Part shown: piece by piece, positions 21,630 through 34,760 of the stretch
Layout: every line of letters begins with the position of its first letter
How positions within the stretch are numbered: position 1 is the stretch's first letter
DNA from: Phyllobates terribilis
Taxonomy: Eukaryota
Length of the DNA: 64,000 bases
Assembly: GCF_046119375.1 (NCBI RefSeq)
Contig: NW_027362762.1
Span: 262,942,001 to 263,006,000, forward strand
Reading direction: 5' to 3'
The notes under the pieces: model-generated
The model's database searches: none
Told to the model about the DNA's origin: nothing
Seen by the model: the letters and a program-made list of their open reading frames with translations, nothing else
Made by a program: the position numbers and the translations under genes

Positions 21630-22620
21630 TAGTCCTAATTGGAATATTTCTACTCTGGTGAAATTGTTGCCACTTTGGTGGTGTCAGCTTTTAATTTTTA
21701 GACATGGGGAGACTCCTGGTTGGGTCTCCTTCATGTGTGTTGCCTGTAGTAGTAGACTTCCCAGACGAGCAGGCCTCCACTTACTTTCAGTCAACTACCC
21801 GTGTTACTATCGTTACATTTTTGTACCTATACTAATCTATGAAGCTGATTTTTATGCCATCTGAGTGTGGCTGACCATAAAAGCAGGTTGAGCTGTTGCA
21901 TGTGGTATCAGGGCTCCCAGCACAGCAGACCTACACCGATCCCTCACCCACCTCATCTTAATTTGAAGTTCAATTCAAAGCTGTAAATGCTGGCCCAGAC
22001 CCTGATACCTCATACATGGCTCATGTCTGATTGCTGCTGTGACATTATAAAATTTGTACACTGGGTCAATCGAGGCCACTTTCCTGGTGTCTGTCCCTAA
22101 TTTGATGTGTTTTGTCAGCTTTTGGGCCCATTTGAAGGTGTTGTGTATGCATTTGTTTTTGACCCCTTTGAATCCTATGGCGTTCGGCAATGTTCGGCGA
22201 ATATTCGACTAATAAATCGGCGAATATTGCAGATTTGAAGATCGATCGATCCGAACCGAATATTGAAACATTCGCTCATCTCTAATCATGATAAGGTGGG
22301 TAATTTCATTATTACTGTATATAGTAAATACAAAGCTCATGTATGAACAGACGAAAAACTTTAAATCTGCCAAATAAAGAATGTAAAAAAATATCTGCTC
22401 ACAGTTTTCCTGTTGATTCAGTCTAATAACATCCTGGAAATATTACATTGACAGATCAGTAAAAAAAAAAACACATTCTCAATGGAATGGAACAGAGAAA
22501 GTAATTTAGGTTTAGAAAGTAGTACAGGATTTAGAGGAAGCTTTTGTTTATATCTTGACCTTCTCACCTTCACTGTCAATGACACTGAATCTGGCAGAGC
22601 TTACCTGAATTTGGACTCAC

Positions 22621-22680
22621 TTGTACTCAGCTGTTGATTTATAGCAAACATAATGAAAATAGCTAAGTTTCACCAAAGGA
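22621..22680 (-). CDS. Candidate 60-nt host coding exon (PLVKLSYFHYVCYKSTAEY)
   Basis: Acceptor TTCTTTTCTTTAAAG and donor AA|GTGAGT. Open in one frame and phase-compatible with 57310-57430. No homology recognised. Confidence 0.35.
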
Positions 22681-23305
22681 CTTTAAAGAAAAGAACATTG
22701 ACCAGTAAGCAGATGGAATCCTTGAGAACCAATTAGTGAGATTAATTCCCTTTGTCTGTTTGAATAAACTGCCTTAAAATGTTTAGAGAAAAATCAATAT
22801 TCTGTTAGTTTCAGAATGGACCTGTGTAAATGGGGAGAAATAACATCCGAAATAACAAATAATTTTAAAACTTTTTTTGTAAAGCTACGTGGAATTTCAA
22901 TATTAACAGATAACTGTTTTTCCAAAAAGAGACTATAGACAGAACTTTTATTAACCCCTTTCCAGAGTCTGTTCTCTTTAATAGGTTAAGCTATATTATG
23001 TAGAAATTCAGCTGTTTGAATGATTATGCGGCTGTGCATCATATGTAGATACACTAGATAGAAGGCAGAACCCTTTTTAACTGCATTTTAACATTACCAT
23101 ATAAACAGTGTTCAGAAAGTTCCATATATACACTGTGTGCAGAATTATTAGGCAAATTAGTATTTTGATCACATGATACTTTTTATACATCTTGTCCTAC
23201 TCCAAGCTGCATAGGCTTGAGAGCCAACAACTACCAATTAAGTAAATCTGGTGATGTGCAACTCTGTAATGAGGAGTGGTGTTGACTAATGACATCAACA
23301 CCCTA

Positions 23306-24561
23306 CACTGTGTTCCAAATTATTATGCAAATAATATTTTCTCAGATTTTCCCAAATTACCTATATGAATTGGAGTCATTGTAATTTTCCAGTCAAATAA
23401 CTATTAGAGTACAATTGAAAGGTTTTTGTACAAACTGCCTATGATAACAGTATATTTTTTAAAAAATAAAAAACTCAAACTGCACTCAAAATGCATGTTC
23501 CAAATTATTATGCACAGCAGAGTTTTCAACCTTTTCATTTTAATAAAGAACAAAAAAATGGTCATTTTTGAAATTATAAGCATTAGCAGGTTATTACAAA
23601 CTGAAATCAAACAGTTTTCAACTCAAAACTTTATTCTAGGTGATGTTACATTTGCACATAGGACCCCTTGTTCGAAAGGAGCTTCTGAACTCTCTCGTCC
23701 ATTGAATTTGTCAGGTTTGGATGGTTTCTGCTTCAATCGTTTTGCATGAGGACAGAATACCCTCCCAGAGCTGTTGCTTAGATGTGAACTGCCTCCCGCC
23801 ATCATAGACACTCCTTTTGATGATGCTCCAGAGGTTCTCAATGGGGTTGAGGTCAGGGGAGCATGGGTGCCACACCATAAGTTTGTCCCCTTTTATGCCC
23901 ATAGCAGCCAGAGATGCAGATGTGTCTCATGCTGCACATAACACATCTGCATCTCTGGCTGCTATGGGCATAAAAGGGGACAAACTTATGGTGTGGCACC
24001 CATGCTCCCCTGACCTCAACCCCATTGAGAACCTCTGGAGCATCATCAAAAGGAGTGTCTATGATGGCGGGAGGCAGTTCACATCTAAGCAACAGCTCTG
24101 GGAGGGTATTCTGTCCTCATGCAAAACAATTGAAGCAGAAACCATCCAAAACCTGACAAATTCAATGGACGAGAGAGTTCAGAAGCTCCTTTCGAACAAG
24201 GGGTCCTATGTGCAAATGTAACATCACCTAGAATAAAGTTTTGAGTTGAAAACTGTTTGATTTCAGTTTGTAATAACCTGCTAATGCTTATAATTTCAAA
24301 AATGACCATTTTTTTGTTCTTTATTAAAATGAAAAGGTTGAAAAATCTGCTGTGCATAATAATTTGGAACATGCATTTTGAGTGCAGTTTGAGTTTTTTA
24401 TTTTTTAAAAAATATACTGTTATCATAGGCAGTTTGTACAAAAACCTTTCAATTGTACTCTAATAGTTATTTGACTGGAAAATTACAATGACTGCAATTC
24501 ATATAGGTAATTTGGGAAAATCTGAGAAAATATTATTTGCATAATAATTTGGAACACAGTG
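23306..24561. mobile_element. Foldback Tc1 derivative: two inverted 3' halves (620/621-bp arms, 15-nt loop)
   Basis: TA TSD. TIRs CACTGTGTTCCAAATTATTATGCAA. 23306-23925 is the reverse complement of 23941-24561. Each arm encodes the transposase C-terminus (WHPCSPDLNPIENLW). Same family as 52707-54069. Confidence 0.93.
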
Positions 24562-24609
24562 TATATAAGGTGTGTTTAATTATTAGGCAACTTCCTTTCC
24601 TTTGGCAAA

Positions 24610-25620
24610 ATGGGTCAGATGAGAGATTTGACAGGCTCTGAAAAGTCCAAAATTGTGAGATGTCTTGCAGAGGGATGCAGCAGTCTTGAAATTTCCAAAC
24701 TTTTGAAGCGTGATCACCGAACAATCAAGCGTTTCATGGCAAATAGCCAACAGGGTCACAAGAAGCGTGTTGGCCAAAAAAGGTGCAAAATAACTGCCCA
24801 TGAATTAAGGAAAATCAAGCGTGAAGCTGCCAAGATGCCATTCGCCAGCAGTTTTGCCATATTTCAGAGCTGCAACGTTACTGGAGTATCAAAAAGCACA
24901 AGGTGTGCAATACTCAGGGACATGACCAAGGTAAGGAAGGCTGAAAAACGACCACCTTTGAACAAGAGACATAAGATAAAACATCAAGAATGGGCCAAGA
25001 AATATCTTAAGACTGATTTTTCAAAGGTTTTATGGACTGATGAAATGAGAGTGACTCTTGATGGGCCAGATGGATGGACTAGAGGCTGGATCAGTAAAGG
25101 GCAGAGAGCTCCACTCCGACTCAGACGCCAGCAAGGTGGAGGTGGGGTACTGGTATGGGCTGGTATCATCAAAGATGAACTTTTGGGACCTATTCGGGTT
25201 GAGGATGGAGTGAAGCTCAACTCACAGACCTACTGCCAGTTATGGAAGGCAACTTCTTCAAGCAGTGGTACAGGAAGAAGTAGGTATCGTTCAAGAAAAA
25301 CATGATTTTCATGCAGGACAATGCTCCATCACATGCATCTAGCTACTCCACAGCGTGGCTGGCTAGTAAAGGTCTAAAAGAAGAAAAAATAATGACATGG
25401 CCCCCTTGTTCACCTGATCTGAACCCCATAGGAAACCTGTGGTCCATCATAAAATGTGAGATCTACAGGGAGGGAAAACAGTAAACCTCTCGGAACAGTG
25501 TCTGGGAGGCTGTGGTGGCTGCTGCACGCAATGTTGATCGAAAACAGATCAAGCAACTTACAGAATCTATGGATGGCAGGCTGTTGAGTGTCATCATAAA
25601 GAAAGGTGGCTTTATTGATC
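24610..25620 (+). pseudogene. Tc1-B transposase with frameshift and stop
   Basis: MGQMRDL...VLWTDEMRVTLDGPDG...VWAGI, frameshift near 25230, then MQDNAPSH...SPDLNPIGNLW. Confidence 0.9.
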
Positions 25621-25791
25621 ACTAATTTTTTTTGTTTTTGTTTTTACATGTCAAAAATGTTTATTTCTAAATTTTGGGCACTGATATTGGTTTACCTGAT
25701 GAAAATAAACAAGTGAGATGGGATTATATTTGGTTTTTATTAAGTTGCCTAATAATTCTGCACAGTAATAGTTACCTGCACAAACAGATAT

Positions 25792-26213
25792 TGTTATGTT
25801 CTGCTACCAAAGCTAAGGAAAGAGAGGAGATCTGTCCCTACTATAAGACTCAGCTGAATCCCTACGATGTAACAGGGAACCTGATCCTGCGATCAGACCT
25901 GCTAAAGTCCTAATCTAGTCTGTACGAAGACCTATAGATGTGGGGAGGGAATCCCTACAAGTACTAAGGACTGGGAGGAATATGGGACACCTCCTAACAG
26001 AAATAGTAGCAGACAGACGAACAAACAAAATAGATAGAACATAGAGGTCCGTAGACCAAGCAAACTAACAGAGCTAGATACAGAGCAAAGGCTAGCTAGA
26101 AAGTAGATATACAATGAAGTCCAGCAAAGCCAGAAGGGCGGAGCAGGATTAAATAGGCCAACAAGGTCATGTGACCAGCAAAGGAAAAAAAACCTAACAG
26201 CAAGGTTCTAACA
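25792..26213 (-). mobile_element. Solo LTR of family B (422 bp) in the Tc1-B right TIR
   Basis: Near-identical to the B LTRs. TSD GATAT (25787-25791 and 26214-26218). Confidence 0.95.
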
Positions 26214-26654
26214 GATATCCTCATAAGATAGCCAAATCTAAAAACCCCACTCCAACTTCCAAAAATATTAAGCTTGGATATTTATGAGTATTTTGGGTTG
26301 ATTGAGAACATAGTTTTTGATCAATAATAAAAATACTCCTCTAAAATACAACTTGCCTAATAATTCTGCACATAGTGTATATAAAACAAGATGAATAAGG
26401 CTGCTACTTGTACTTGTTTTATACATCATATGAAAGTTCATGGTGTCACTTGGTGTGCCTCTGTTTCTGACCAGCTGGGTGTTACTGGTTTTATCACTAA
26501 AGGTATTTTCTAGGCTTTTGAAGTAATGTTGAATGAAAACGCACAAACACACACACACATGCAAATAATGATAATAAAAGAGAGAAAAATAAAAGCGTAT
26601 GAAAAACTATCCTCATTGTAAAGTTTAAAATAGAAAGCATATTTGAAAACTATG

Positions 26655-27937
26655 TGTCCTTGGAAAATCCTTCCAGTTCTGTGAGATTCCTGGGTCGTCT
26701 TGTATGCACTGCTATTTTGAGGTCTAGCCACAGATTTTCAATGATGTTGAGATCAGGGGACTGTGAGGGTCATTGTAAAACTTTCAGCTTGCGCCTTTTG
26801 ATGTAGTCTATTGTGGATTTTGATGTGTGTTTAGGATCATTATACATCTTTAGAAGCCATCCTCTTTTCAACTTCAGCTTTTTTTGCAGATGTAAACATC
26901 AAGAATTTGCTGAAATTTCATTGAATCCAATCTTCCCCCTACCTGTGAAATGTTCCTCGTGCCATTGGCTTCAACACAACCCCAAAGAATGATTGCTCCA
27001 CTCCCATGCCTAATGGTTGGCGAGATGTTCTTTTCCTGAAATTCTGTGCACTTTTTTCTCCACACATACCTTTGATCATTGTGGCCAAAGAGTTCTATTT
27101 TAACCTCATCTGTCCACAGGACTTGTTTCCAAAATGCATCAGGCTTGTTCAGATGTACTTTTGCATACTTCTGATGCTGAATTTTATGGTGAGGATGCAG
27201 GAAAGGTTTTTTCTGATGACTCATCCATGAAAGCCATATTTGTGCAAGTGTCTCTGAACAGTAGAACAATGTACCACAACTCCAGAGTCTTCTAAATCTT
27301 TCTAAATGTCTTTTGCAGTAAAGCAGGAGTTCTGATTTGCCCCTCTAACAATCTTACGAGCAACTCTCACTGAAATTTTGCTTTTGTCTTCCAGACCTTA
27401 TTTTGACCTCCACTCTTCCAATTAACTGTCATTTCATAATTACATTTCGAACTGAGGAAAGGGCAACTTGAAAACGCTTTGCTATCTTCTTATAACCTTC
27501 TCCTGCTTTGTGGGCCTCCACCATTTTCATTTTCACAGTACTAGGCAGCAGCTTAGAAGAATCCATGGTTGCAGTTTTTTGGCACAAGTTAAAAGTGGCT
27601 GGGTTTTTATAAAGCTGGGAAATTTGCATCACCTGGCCTTTCCTAACAATAGTGAACAAACCATAATCCTAACAGGCTACTTAAGGTCTGAAACCTTGGT
27701 CATAGTTATCTGAGCACACAAATCTCCAAGGGCGCCCAAACTTTTGCATTGGCCCATTTTCCTTTTTGTAATTTTTAAAATTTAAAAAGTGACCATATAT
27801 ATGTATTTTTTGCCTAAAATACAAAGGAAATGTGTCATCTTTATCTTTAGCCCTTTTAGATATCATTTCATTTTCATCTTGCTTAACTATTCACGAGTCA
27901 TTTGGATCAGGGGTGCCCAAACTTTTTCATGTCACTG
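26655..27937 (-). mobile_element. Tc1 transposon, decayed, 3'-truncated
   Basis: TIR CAGGGGTGCCCAAACTTTTTCATGTCACTG|TA. MDSSKLL..GEGYKKIAKRF, VLWTDEVKIELFG and [11 protein letters not shown] on the minus strand. Confidence 0.88.
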
Positions 27938-28144
27938 TATATTATTTGAATTTATTCATTGCTATGAAATCTGGGTAATTTATAAGTTGTCTGATCTGTA
28001 GACCATAGAAAATTCCTGCATTTAATTTTTCCATGGTAAGGGCAGATAACTTATGCGCTATTCATAGCCAGGTGAAAGACCATCTTTTTTCAAAGCCTTT
28101 ACAAATTCTTCCATTGGTCCTAGCTATATTTACAGTGATGGCAG

Positions 28145-28915
28145 CAGTGCTGCCACTAGGAATTTCGGGGCCACATACTGGTAACATTTTTGGGCCCCCT
28201 TGAGACTCCGCCCAGGCTCCACCCCAGCTCCGCCTTCAATTCAACTCCGCCTCCGCCCCTCAAACTTTTCACAGTCCCACCACTCATTCTTGGAAAAACT
28301 CCTCTTTTGCACCACGTTCTCAACCAAATCACACATGAACAGTTCCCTTTGAACACCATGTCACATATATAGCCAGTAGCTTTTGTTTTGGCCAAAATGT
28401 TTTTTAAGCCACCACTGCGACAAGAAGACTCTTCTGGCCGGGCCTATTCTACTCTAACCTATTAAACATTTCTTAAAATATCCAATACTCTTTTTTACTG
28501 ATGTGAAATACTGACTAAATACTGACCGTGTAAATGTATAGGTGATTACTTGTTTTCATTGAAGAACCTCTGTAAGTGTATAATTGCCACTGTATAATAG
28601 TCACAGGACACGGAGGGGTTAAATGTCCAAGTAATAATCTCAATTTGAAATAAAGAATCTTCCCCATGTTGATGTCAGAGAGAACAAGTGACCTCCATAC
28701 ACAACACAATCCACTATACAAAGACCGATAATACCACAAACAAGGGACGAATGCTGCCACATCGTGACCAGACCACATAGTGACCGAATAATACCACATA
28801 CAAGGGACAAATACCACCACACCATGATCAGACCACATATTACCACCACATAATGACTGAATAATGCCACATACAAGGGACAAATATCGCCACACCATGA
28901 CCAGATCAAGTCTAT
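28145..28915. mobile_element. Non-autonomous DNA transposon fragment with internal minisatellite
   Basis: Starts CAGTGCTGCCACTAGGAATTTCGGGGCC. Repeats CCACATACAAGGGACAAATA..CATGACCAGACCACAT at 28730-28905. No partner end found. Confidence 0.45.
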
Positions 28916-29074
28916 GAGAGCATTGTTCAGGCTTTCAGACTTGCATTGAGAGATTGTGATGTAGCTTTTTACTTCCAGCCAGTCTGAAGCAGCGCTCACT
29001 AGATGGCGCCGCAAGACCGGAGCGATGCTGAAAATTGTTGAAGACGCCTGAAGGTAAGTATGACTTAGGTTTAA

Positions 29075-29371
29075 AGGGACCCTGTCAGCACAGGATGACT
29101 GTTCAAACAAAGTCCCACCACTCGGGGTTTCACGGCTGAGCCAATCATTTAAATTCACCTGCCCATCTGTTTTTTTTCCCTCTATCTCCACCCCCCCTTC
29201 TGGTTGGGAGTCTGCATTTCACATCCTTGAAGCCAAGAAGTGACCGCCGTTCCTGGCTCTGATACTGGCGAATCCTCACAGCGCACAGTGCATACGATAC
29301 GAGGATTCACAAGTCTGCAGTCAGTGACACAGAGGGACTGTAGGCTTGTGGATTTAGACCGGACAACCCTT
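29075..29371. mobile_element. TTAA-flanked T2/Kolobok-like MITE
   Basis: TTAA|AGGGACCCTGTC ... GGACAACCCTT|TTAA. The right part is homologous to 57030-57114. Confidence 0.6.
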
Positions 29372-29401
29372 TTAAAGCTCATTCAGCCGTCGGTGAATAT
29401 C

Positions 29402-29527
29402 GGTTTGTGCTCAGACCGCAGTGCATGGACAAGCCGCAGGTCTCCAGACAGCAGCCTCACAGCATGTATGAGGCTGGGGGTCAGGATATCGGCGCCCAGT
29501 CCATGCACTGCAGCCAGAGCACAAACC
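29402..29527. repeat. Short inverted-repeat element (~126 bp)
   Basis: GGTTTGTGCTC..GCAGTGCATGGAC pairs with GTCCATGCACTGC..GAGCACAAACC. Confidence 0.6.
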
Positions 29528-30959
29528 AATTTCTCTCTTCCAATAATTACACTGTCTTAATATTAAAGATGTTTCCCAATCATATATACCCACTTATATC
29601 AATCATTCCCTCTCCCCTTCAAGTAGGGGAGGGAATGATTGTATCATACAATCACGTACTGAGATGGTGGACAAATTAATACATGGGCTTAAGTCAGCTA
29701 CTCACACAGCCAGTGGCACCCCCGCCGCACCCGCCGCCCAGTCAAGAAGAATCTAATGGGCACTTCAGCCTGTCCACCGCCTCCGCCTGCGATCATCGAG
29801 TTAATAAATGTTAACAGTGCATATTATTGCATATATATTCACCGATTATACAGTACTAGAAATATCTTTATTAGTATTCATTAAAAACCTATAAATTCTA
29901 GATTACAAAAAAAACTTAAAACATAACTTGAAAAGTAATAATATAAAAACATATATAAAAAAAATCAAGTAGTGAAGACTAGTGATGAGCGAGCATGCTC
30001 GCTACTGCTCGGTGCTCGCCTGAGCATCTGACTGCTCGAGATGCTCGGCACTCGCCGAGAATTTCCGGGGTTGCTCGGCGGGAGCTCGGGTCCCCTCCCT
30101 GCATGTTTGGCGCGCTTTAGTGCCACACACTGTATTGCCGCAGCCATGTTGGTTGTGGCATTACAGTGATTGGCTGGCCGCACAGCGTCATCAGGTCTAT
30201 ATCAGACTTGGCGCCGCCGTGCTCGTCAGTCTACTCTCAATTAGGCAGTGTAGGGAGAGGTGCTGCAGAGCTAGGGAGGGATATGGTAGTTTATTAGTTA
30301 GTGTAGGTATTCCACAAGATTCTCTACACATATACATCTCAACTAGCAGTCCTTCTGAGGACTAATCCAGCTGTATAGATATCAGTGCTAGGCAGGCAGG
30401 CAGGGTATATAGCAGACTGCAGTGCATATAGCAAGAGGGTCCATTCCAGTTCTGTCTGCTGGTGCTTTAACAGATATTATATTTGTAAAAATAGCCCCAG
30501 GTATCAGGGACCAGGGAATTTTTTTTTTATCTTAATCCTGATTATTAGCTTAAAAAGCAATCCAGAGAACACCGTTTTTCTGCGCCGTTTGCTTGTTGGC
30601 ACTGCAGAATACAGCCAGGTCCTTTCCATATTACAGCACTAAAAATCCAGCTATTTAAAACTGTAGTTTGTCCATCACACGGATCACATATAATTGCGCT
30701 GAAAATATTGCCGTTTCTGGCCTCCATTGAAATTTTGTTGCAGTGTATCAGTGAACTTATTGACACCTACACTACAGTTACCTACAGGCCAGCTATTTAA
30801 AACTGTTGTTTCTCCGTCACACGGATCACATATAAGTTCGCTCCAAATTCAGCCATTTGCAGTGAGCATGGAAGATATAGTCCTCCATTTAAAAATATGC
30901 CACAACAAACACCCACATCTTCTCGCTCGACCTTTCTGTCCCAATTAATAGGGGACAGC

Positions 30960-33785
30960 AGAACACCACTATTGAACACAGAGCAGTGAGAAAAAGTTAT
31001 TGGTTGGATAGCAGATAATGCTTCCAGTCACTTAGCCACCACCATCACCACCCTGTCTTCCACACGGTCAAGTCTCAGTAGCCTTGATCTTGGACTGCAT
31101 ATTCCTCACCCTGATCCTCCTTCCTCACACCATGCCGAGTGCCCAGAGACAACTGTTCTCACACTTGGATACTTCGAAGAGCTGTTCACTTTTCCATTTA
31201 TAGATTCGGGCCTCTCGCCCGGTCCACTTGAAGCAGGGGCAAGAGGAGATCGCATGTAGCAATGCCCAAGTGTCACAAGAGGTGGACGATGATGAGACAC
31301 AATTGCCAGAAAGTCAGGAGGAGGACCAGGGTGCGGAACGAGATGGAAGTTGCCAGTACAACTGTTAGGTCTTCCCGAGTCTGGTTGTTTATTAAAGACT
31401 CTGCCGATAACCCCAAAAAGGCCATTTGCACCACCTGCCAGGCCAGCATCAGCAGGGGTAGCAAAACTACCAGCCTGACCACCACCAGCATGATCAGGCA
31501 CATGGCAGCAAAACACCCGACTTTGTGGGACATACCCCAGGGTCCAGGAACAATGTCTGCGGGTGGCACCACTGCTTCTTCCGCTGTTGTGCATGCAAGC
31601 CAATCCCCTGTACATGGTGCATGCGAAGATGCCTCCTGCCTTGCACCTGTCAATGCACACTCTCAAGTAGCAGCATCAGGAAGCACGTCCACGTCCTTGT
31701 TTCAGCGTAGCATTCAGTTGTCCATATTCCAGTCCTTGGAATGCAAGCACAAATACGCAGCCAACGCCCCACAGGCCACAGTACTAAATTCTCACATTTT
31801 GCGACTGCTTGCGCTCGAAATGTTGCCTTTTAGGCTCATGGAGACGGAAACTTTCTGCAACCTGATGGCGGCGGCCATCCCTCGGTACTCATTCTCCAGC
31901 GGCCACTATTTCTCCCGGTGTGCCGTCCCCGCATTGCACAAGCACGTGTCCCACAACATTAGCCATGCCCTCAACAATGCACTTAAAGGGAAAGTCCTCC
32001 AAACCACCGACATGTAGACAAGTGCTTGTGGGCAAGGATGGTACATCTCACTGATGGCACACTGGGTTAACATAGTGAAAGTCGGGACCCAGTCGGACCT
32101 TGGGACGGAACACATCCTCCCGATGCCAAGGATTGCTGGCCCTAGGTCAATCAGGGTTGCCCTCACAGTCTACAGCTCCTGCATCTCATCCTCCTCAGCC
32201 TTCTCCTCATCTTCAGCCTCCATCTCTGAAATTACCACATCAGTCACAAGCTGGAAGCTCTGCAGCAATGCCTCAGCTAAGCGGCAACAGTCTGTGCTGA
32301 AGCTAATATGCTTAGGTGAAAAAACGCACAATGCTGAAGAGTTGTGGACAGCTCTGAAAGAGCAGGCAAATCTGTGGCTCATATCGCTGAACCTGCAGCC
32401 TGGCATGGTCATGTGTGACCAAAACTTACCTGGAGCTGCTGGATCTGCTTGACAAAGAACGCCACCTGTGTGCCCATTTTAGAAAGTCACCCACAGCTTC
32501 CGCCGCCCTTGCCGTGCTTTTGCAGCTTCCAGCTCACTGACTGGTGTGTAATGTCCCCACGCATTGGAACTCTACACTGCAGATGTTGGGAAGGATTTGT
32601 GAGCAGAAGAGGGCAGTTGTTGACAACCAGCATCAACAAGGCCGTCAATATTCAGTTCAGACTGCACACATAAGACCTCAGGAGTGGACATGGATGTCAG
32701 ATATCTGTACCATCCTCCAAAACTTTGAGGACTCCACCAAGATGGTGAGTGGCGATGATGCCATAATTAGCATCACCATCCCACTTCTCTGTCTTCTGAA
32801 ATGCTCTCTGCTCACAATCAAAGAGGTTGCATTGCAAGCGGAGCACAATGAGAAGGAGCAAGGAACCATACAGGCTGATTACACACTGCCCAGCCTCATC
32901 TCATCCCAACGTGGATTGGGTGACACTAAGGAGGAGGAGGAAGAACAGGAGCTAGTTTTCTGCACTATAGACGGTACTACCTACACAACTGTCATACCGT
33001 CTGTTCAGCGTGGATGGCCTGAGGACAGGGAGAAGGAGGAGAGCATGGTCAGTCATCCTCTTGATGAGGACATGGACGTCTTGCCTGTTAGCAGTCTGGC
33101 ATGCATGGCTGAGCTTATGTTACGCTGACTTTCCCGTGACCCTCGCGTTCTCAAAATTTTGGGTGACATCTATTTCTAGTTTGTGATACTTGTAGACCCA
33201 CGCTACAAGGAGAACTTTATATCTCTTATTCCTGAGGTGGACAGGTCTACAAAAATGGGGCAGCACCAAAAGGCCCTTGTTGTGGAACTATTAAAAAAAT
33301 TCCCATCTGAAAACGCTGGCGGCAGAGGTCACAGTTTGTTGGACAACCAAGGAGTACAGCCGAGAGAGACGCAACTCCAATCCAGCAGAGGCAGGGAAAC
33401 ACTGTCAAATTTCTGGGAGAGTTTTCTCAGCCTCTCTCATCAAACAGGCCCTGAGGCGCGGGGTACTCTCACAAGGAGTGCAAAGTTTGGGAAGATGCTG
33501 AGGGAGTACCTTACCAACCGTACCAACGTCCTCTGTGATTCTTCTGTGCCTTATAATTATTAGGTATCCAAGCTGGACATGTGGAATGAACTGACTCTCT
33601 ATGCCTTGGAGGTCCTGGCCTGCCCTGCCGCTAGCGTTTTATCAGAGTGGGTTTTTAGTGCCGCTGGTGGAATTATAACTGATAAGCGCATCCACCTGTC
33701 AGCTGAAAATGCTGACAGGCTGACTCTTATAAAAATGAACAAGGGCTGGATTGGGCCAGACTTCTCAACAAAACTGAATGATAGC
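30960..33785 (+). pseudogene. hAT transposase pseudogene
   Basis: BED finger (VWLFIKDS..AICTTCQASISRG..MIRHMAAKH), MLPFRLME, TTD, THWNSTLQML, LVDPRYK and CPAASVLSEWVFSAAG. Several stops and frameshifts. Confidence 0.9.
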
Positions 33786-34099
33786 AGCGTAACAAACTCA
33801 AATCTAGCGTCTTTTTTTGGGAGGTGTATTCCCATGCACCTTTTCACACCCACACATGGGTATACGCTTCCTGATTTTGGCTATTTGCTTTTGTCCTCCT
33901 CCTTCTCCTCATCCTCATCCTCCACGACTATACCAGGGTGACCGTGGTCCGTGATGCAACACCCACATAATTTTTTTAAACGGTGTTTATGATGCCCGTA
34001 AAAAAATGTTTTTATACAGTATGTTCATGTATACCCCTCAGGGGTAAATGTTTGTCAGCCCACGCACTTAGTGCATGGGCATTATAAGTATAGGAGACC

Positions 34100-34760
34100 C
34101 GCTCCTTTCTAATGGGAACATTTTTTTATAAGGCCCTCCTCCATGTCTTTTCCAAGGTGCATTGCAGTGCCTCCCAATTTTTGGCAGCCCTTGCATTCAC
34201 TGCATAGGCCAAGACAATGGGTGACCCACTTCCTAATAATGGGAACATTTTTTCATGAGGCCCTCTACGTCTCTTTCAAGGGGCATTTGAGTGCCTCCCA
34301 ATTTTTGGCAACCCTTGCATTCACTGCATAGGTAAACACAATGGGAAACCCACTTCCTAATAATGGGAACATTTTTTTTCATGAGGCCCTCTACGTCTCT
34401 TCCAAGGGGCATTTGAGTGCCTCCCAATTTTTGGCAACCCTTGCATTCACTGCATAGGCAAACACAATGGGAAACCCACTTCCTAATAATGGGAACATTT
34501 TTTTTCATGAGGCCCTCTACGTCTCTTCCAAGGGGCATTGGAGTGCCTCCCAATTTTTGGCAGCCCTTGCATTCACTGCATAGGCAAACAGTATGGGAGA
34601 CCCACTTCCTAATGATCGGAACATTGCTTTCAGGAGGCCCTCCTCTAAGTCTCTTCAAAAGTGTATTGGGGTGCATCCAAATTTTCAAAGGGGTATTGGG
34701 GTGCATCCAAATTTTCAAAGGGGTATTGGGGTGCGTCCAAATTTTGGGCAGCCCTGCCAC
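34100..34760 (+). repeat. ~125-bp and 30-bp tandem repeats in the hAT-4 3' region
   Basis: GCCTCCCAATTTTTGGCA at ~34169, 34293, 34419 and 34545. GTATTGGGGTGC(A/G)TCCAAATTTT occurs three times. Confidence 0.85.

Larger units (their letters stand above)
2035..22284 (+). mobile_element. Non-autonomous hAT element (hAT-1) inflated to 20.2 kb by nested insertions
   Basis: Left TIR TAGTGATGAGCGAA (2035) and right TIR TTCGCTCATCTCTA (22271-22284). Perfect 8-bp TSD ATCATGAT (2027-2034 and 22285-22292). Subterminal TTCG/CGAA motifs. Internal ~133-bp repeats resume at ~21630. Confidence 0.92.
23131..26377 (+). mobile_element. Tc1 transposon (Tc1-B), full length, with two nested insertions
   Basis: TA|CACTGTGTGCAGAATTATTAGGCAA ... 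TTGCCTAATAATTCTGCACATAGTG|TA. Confidence 0.92.
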
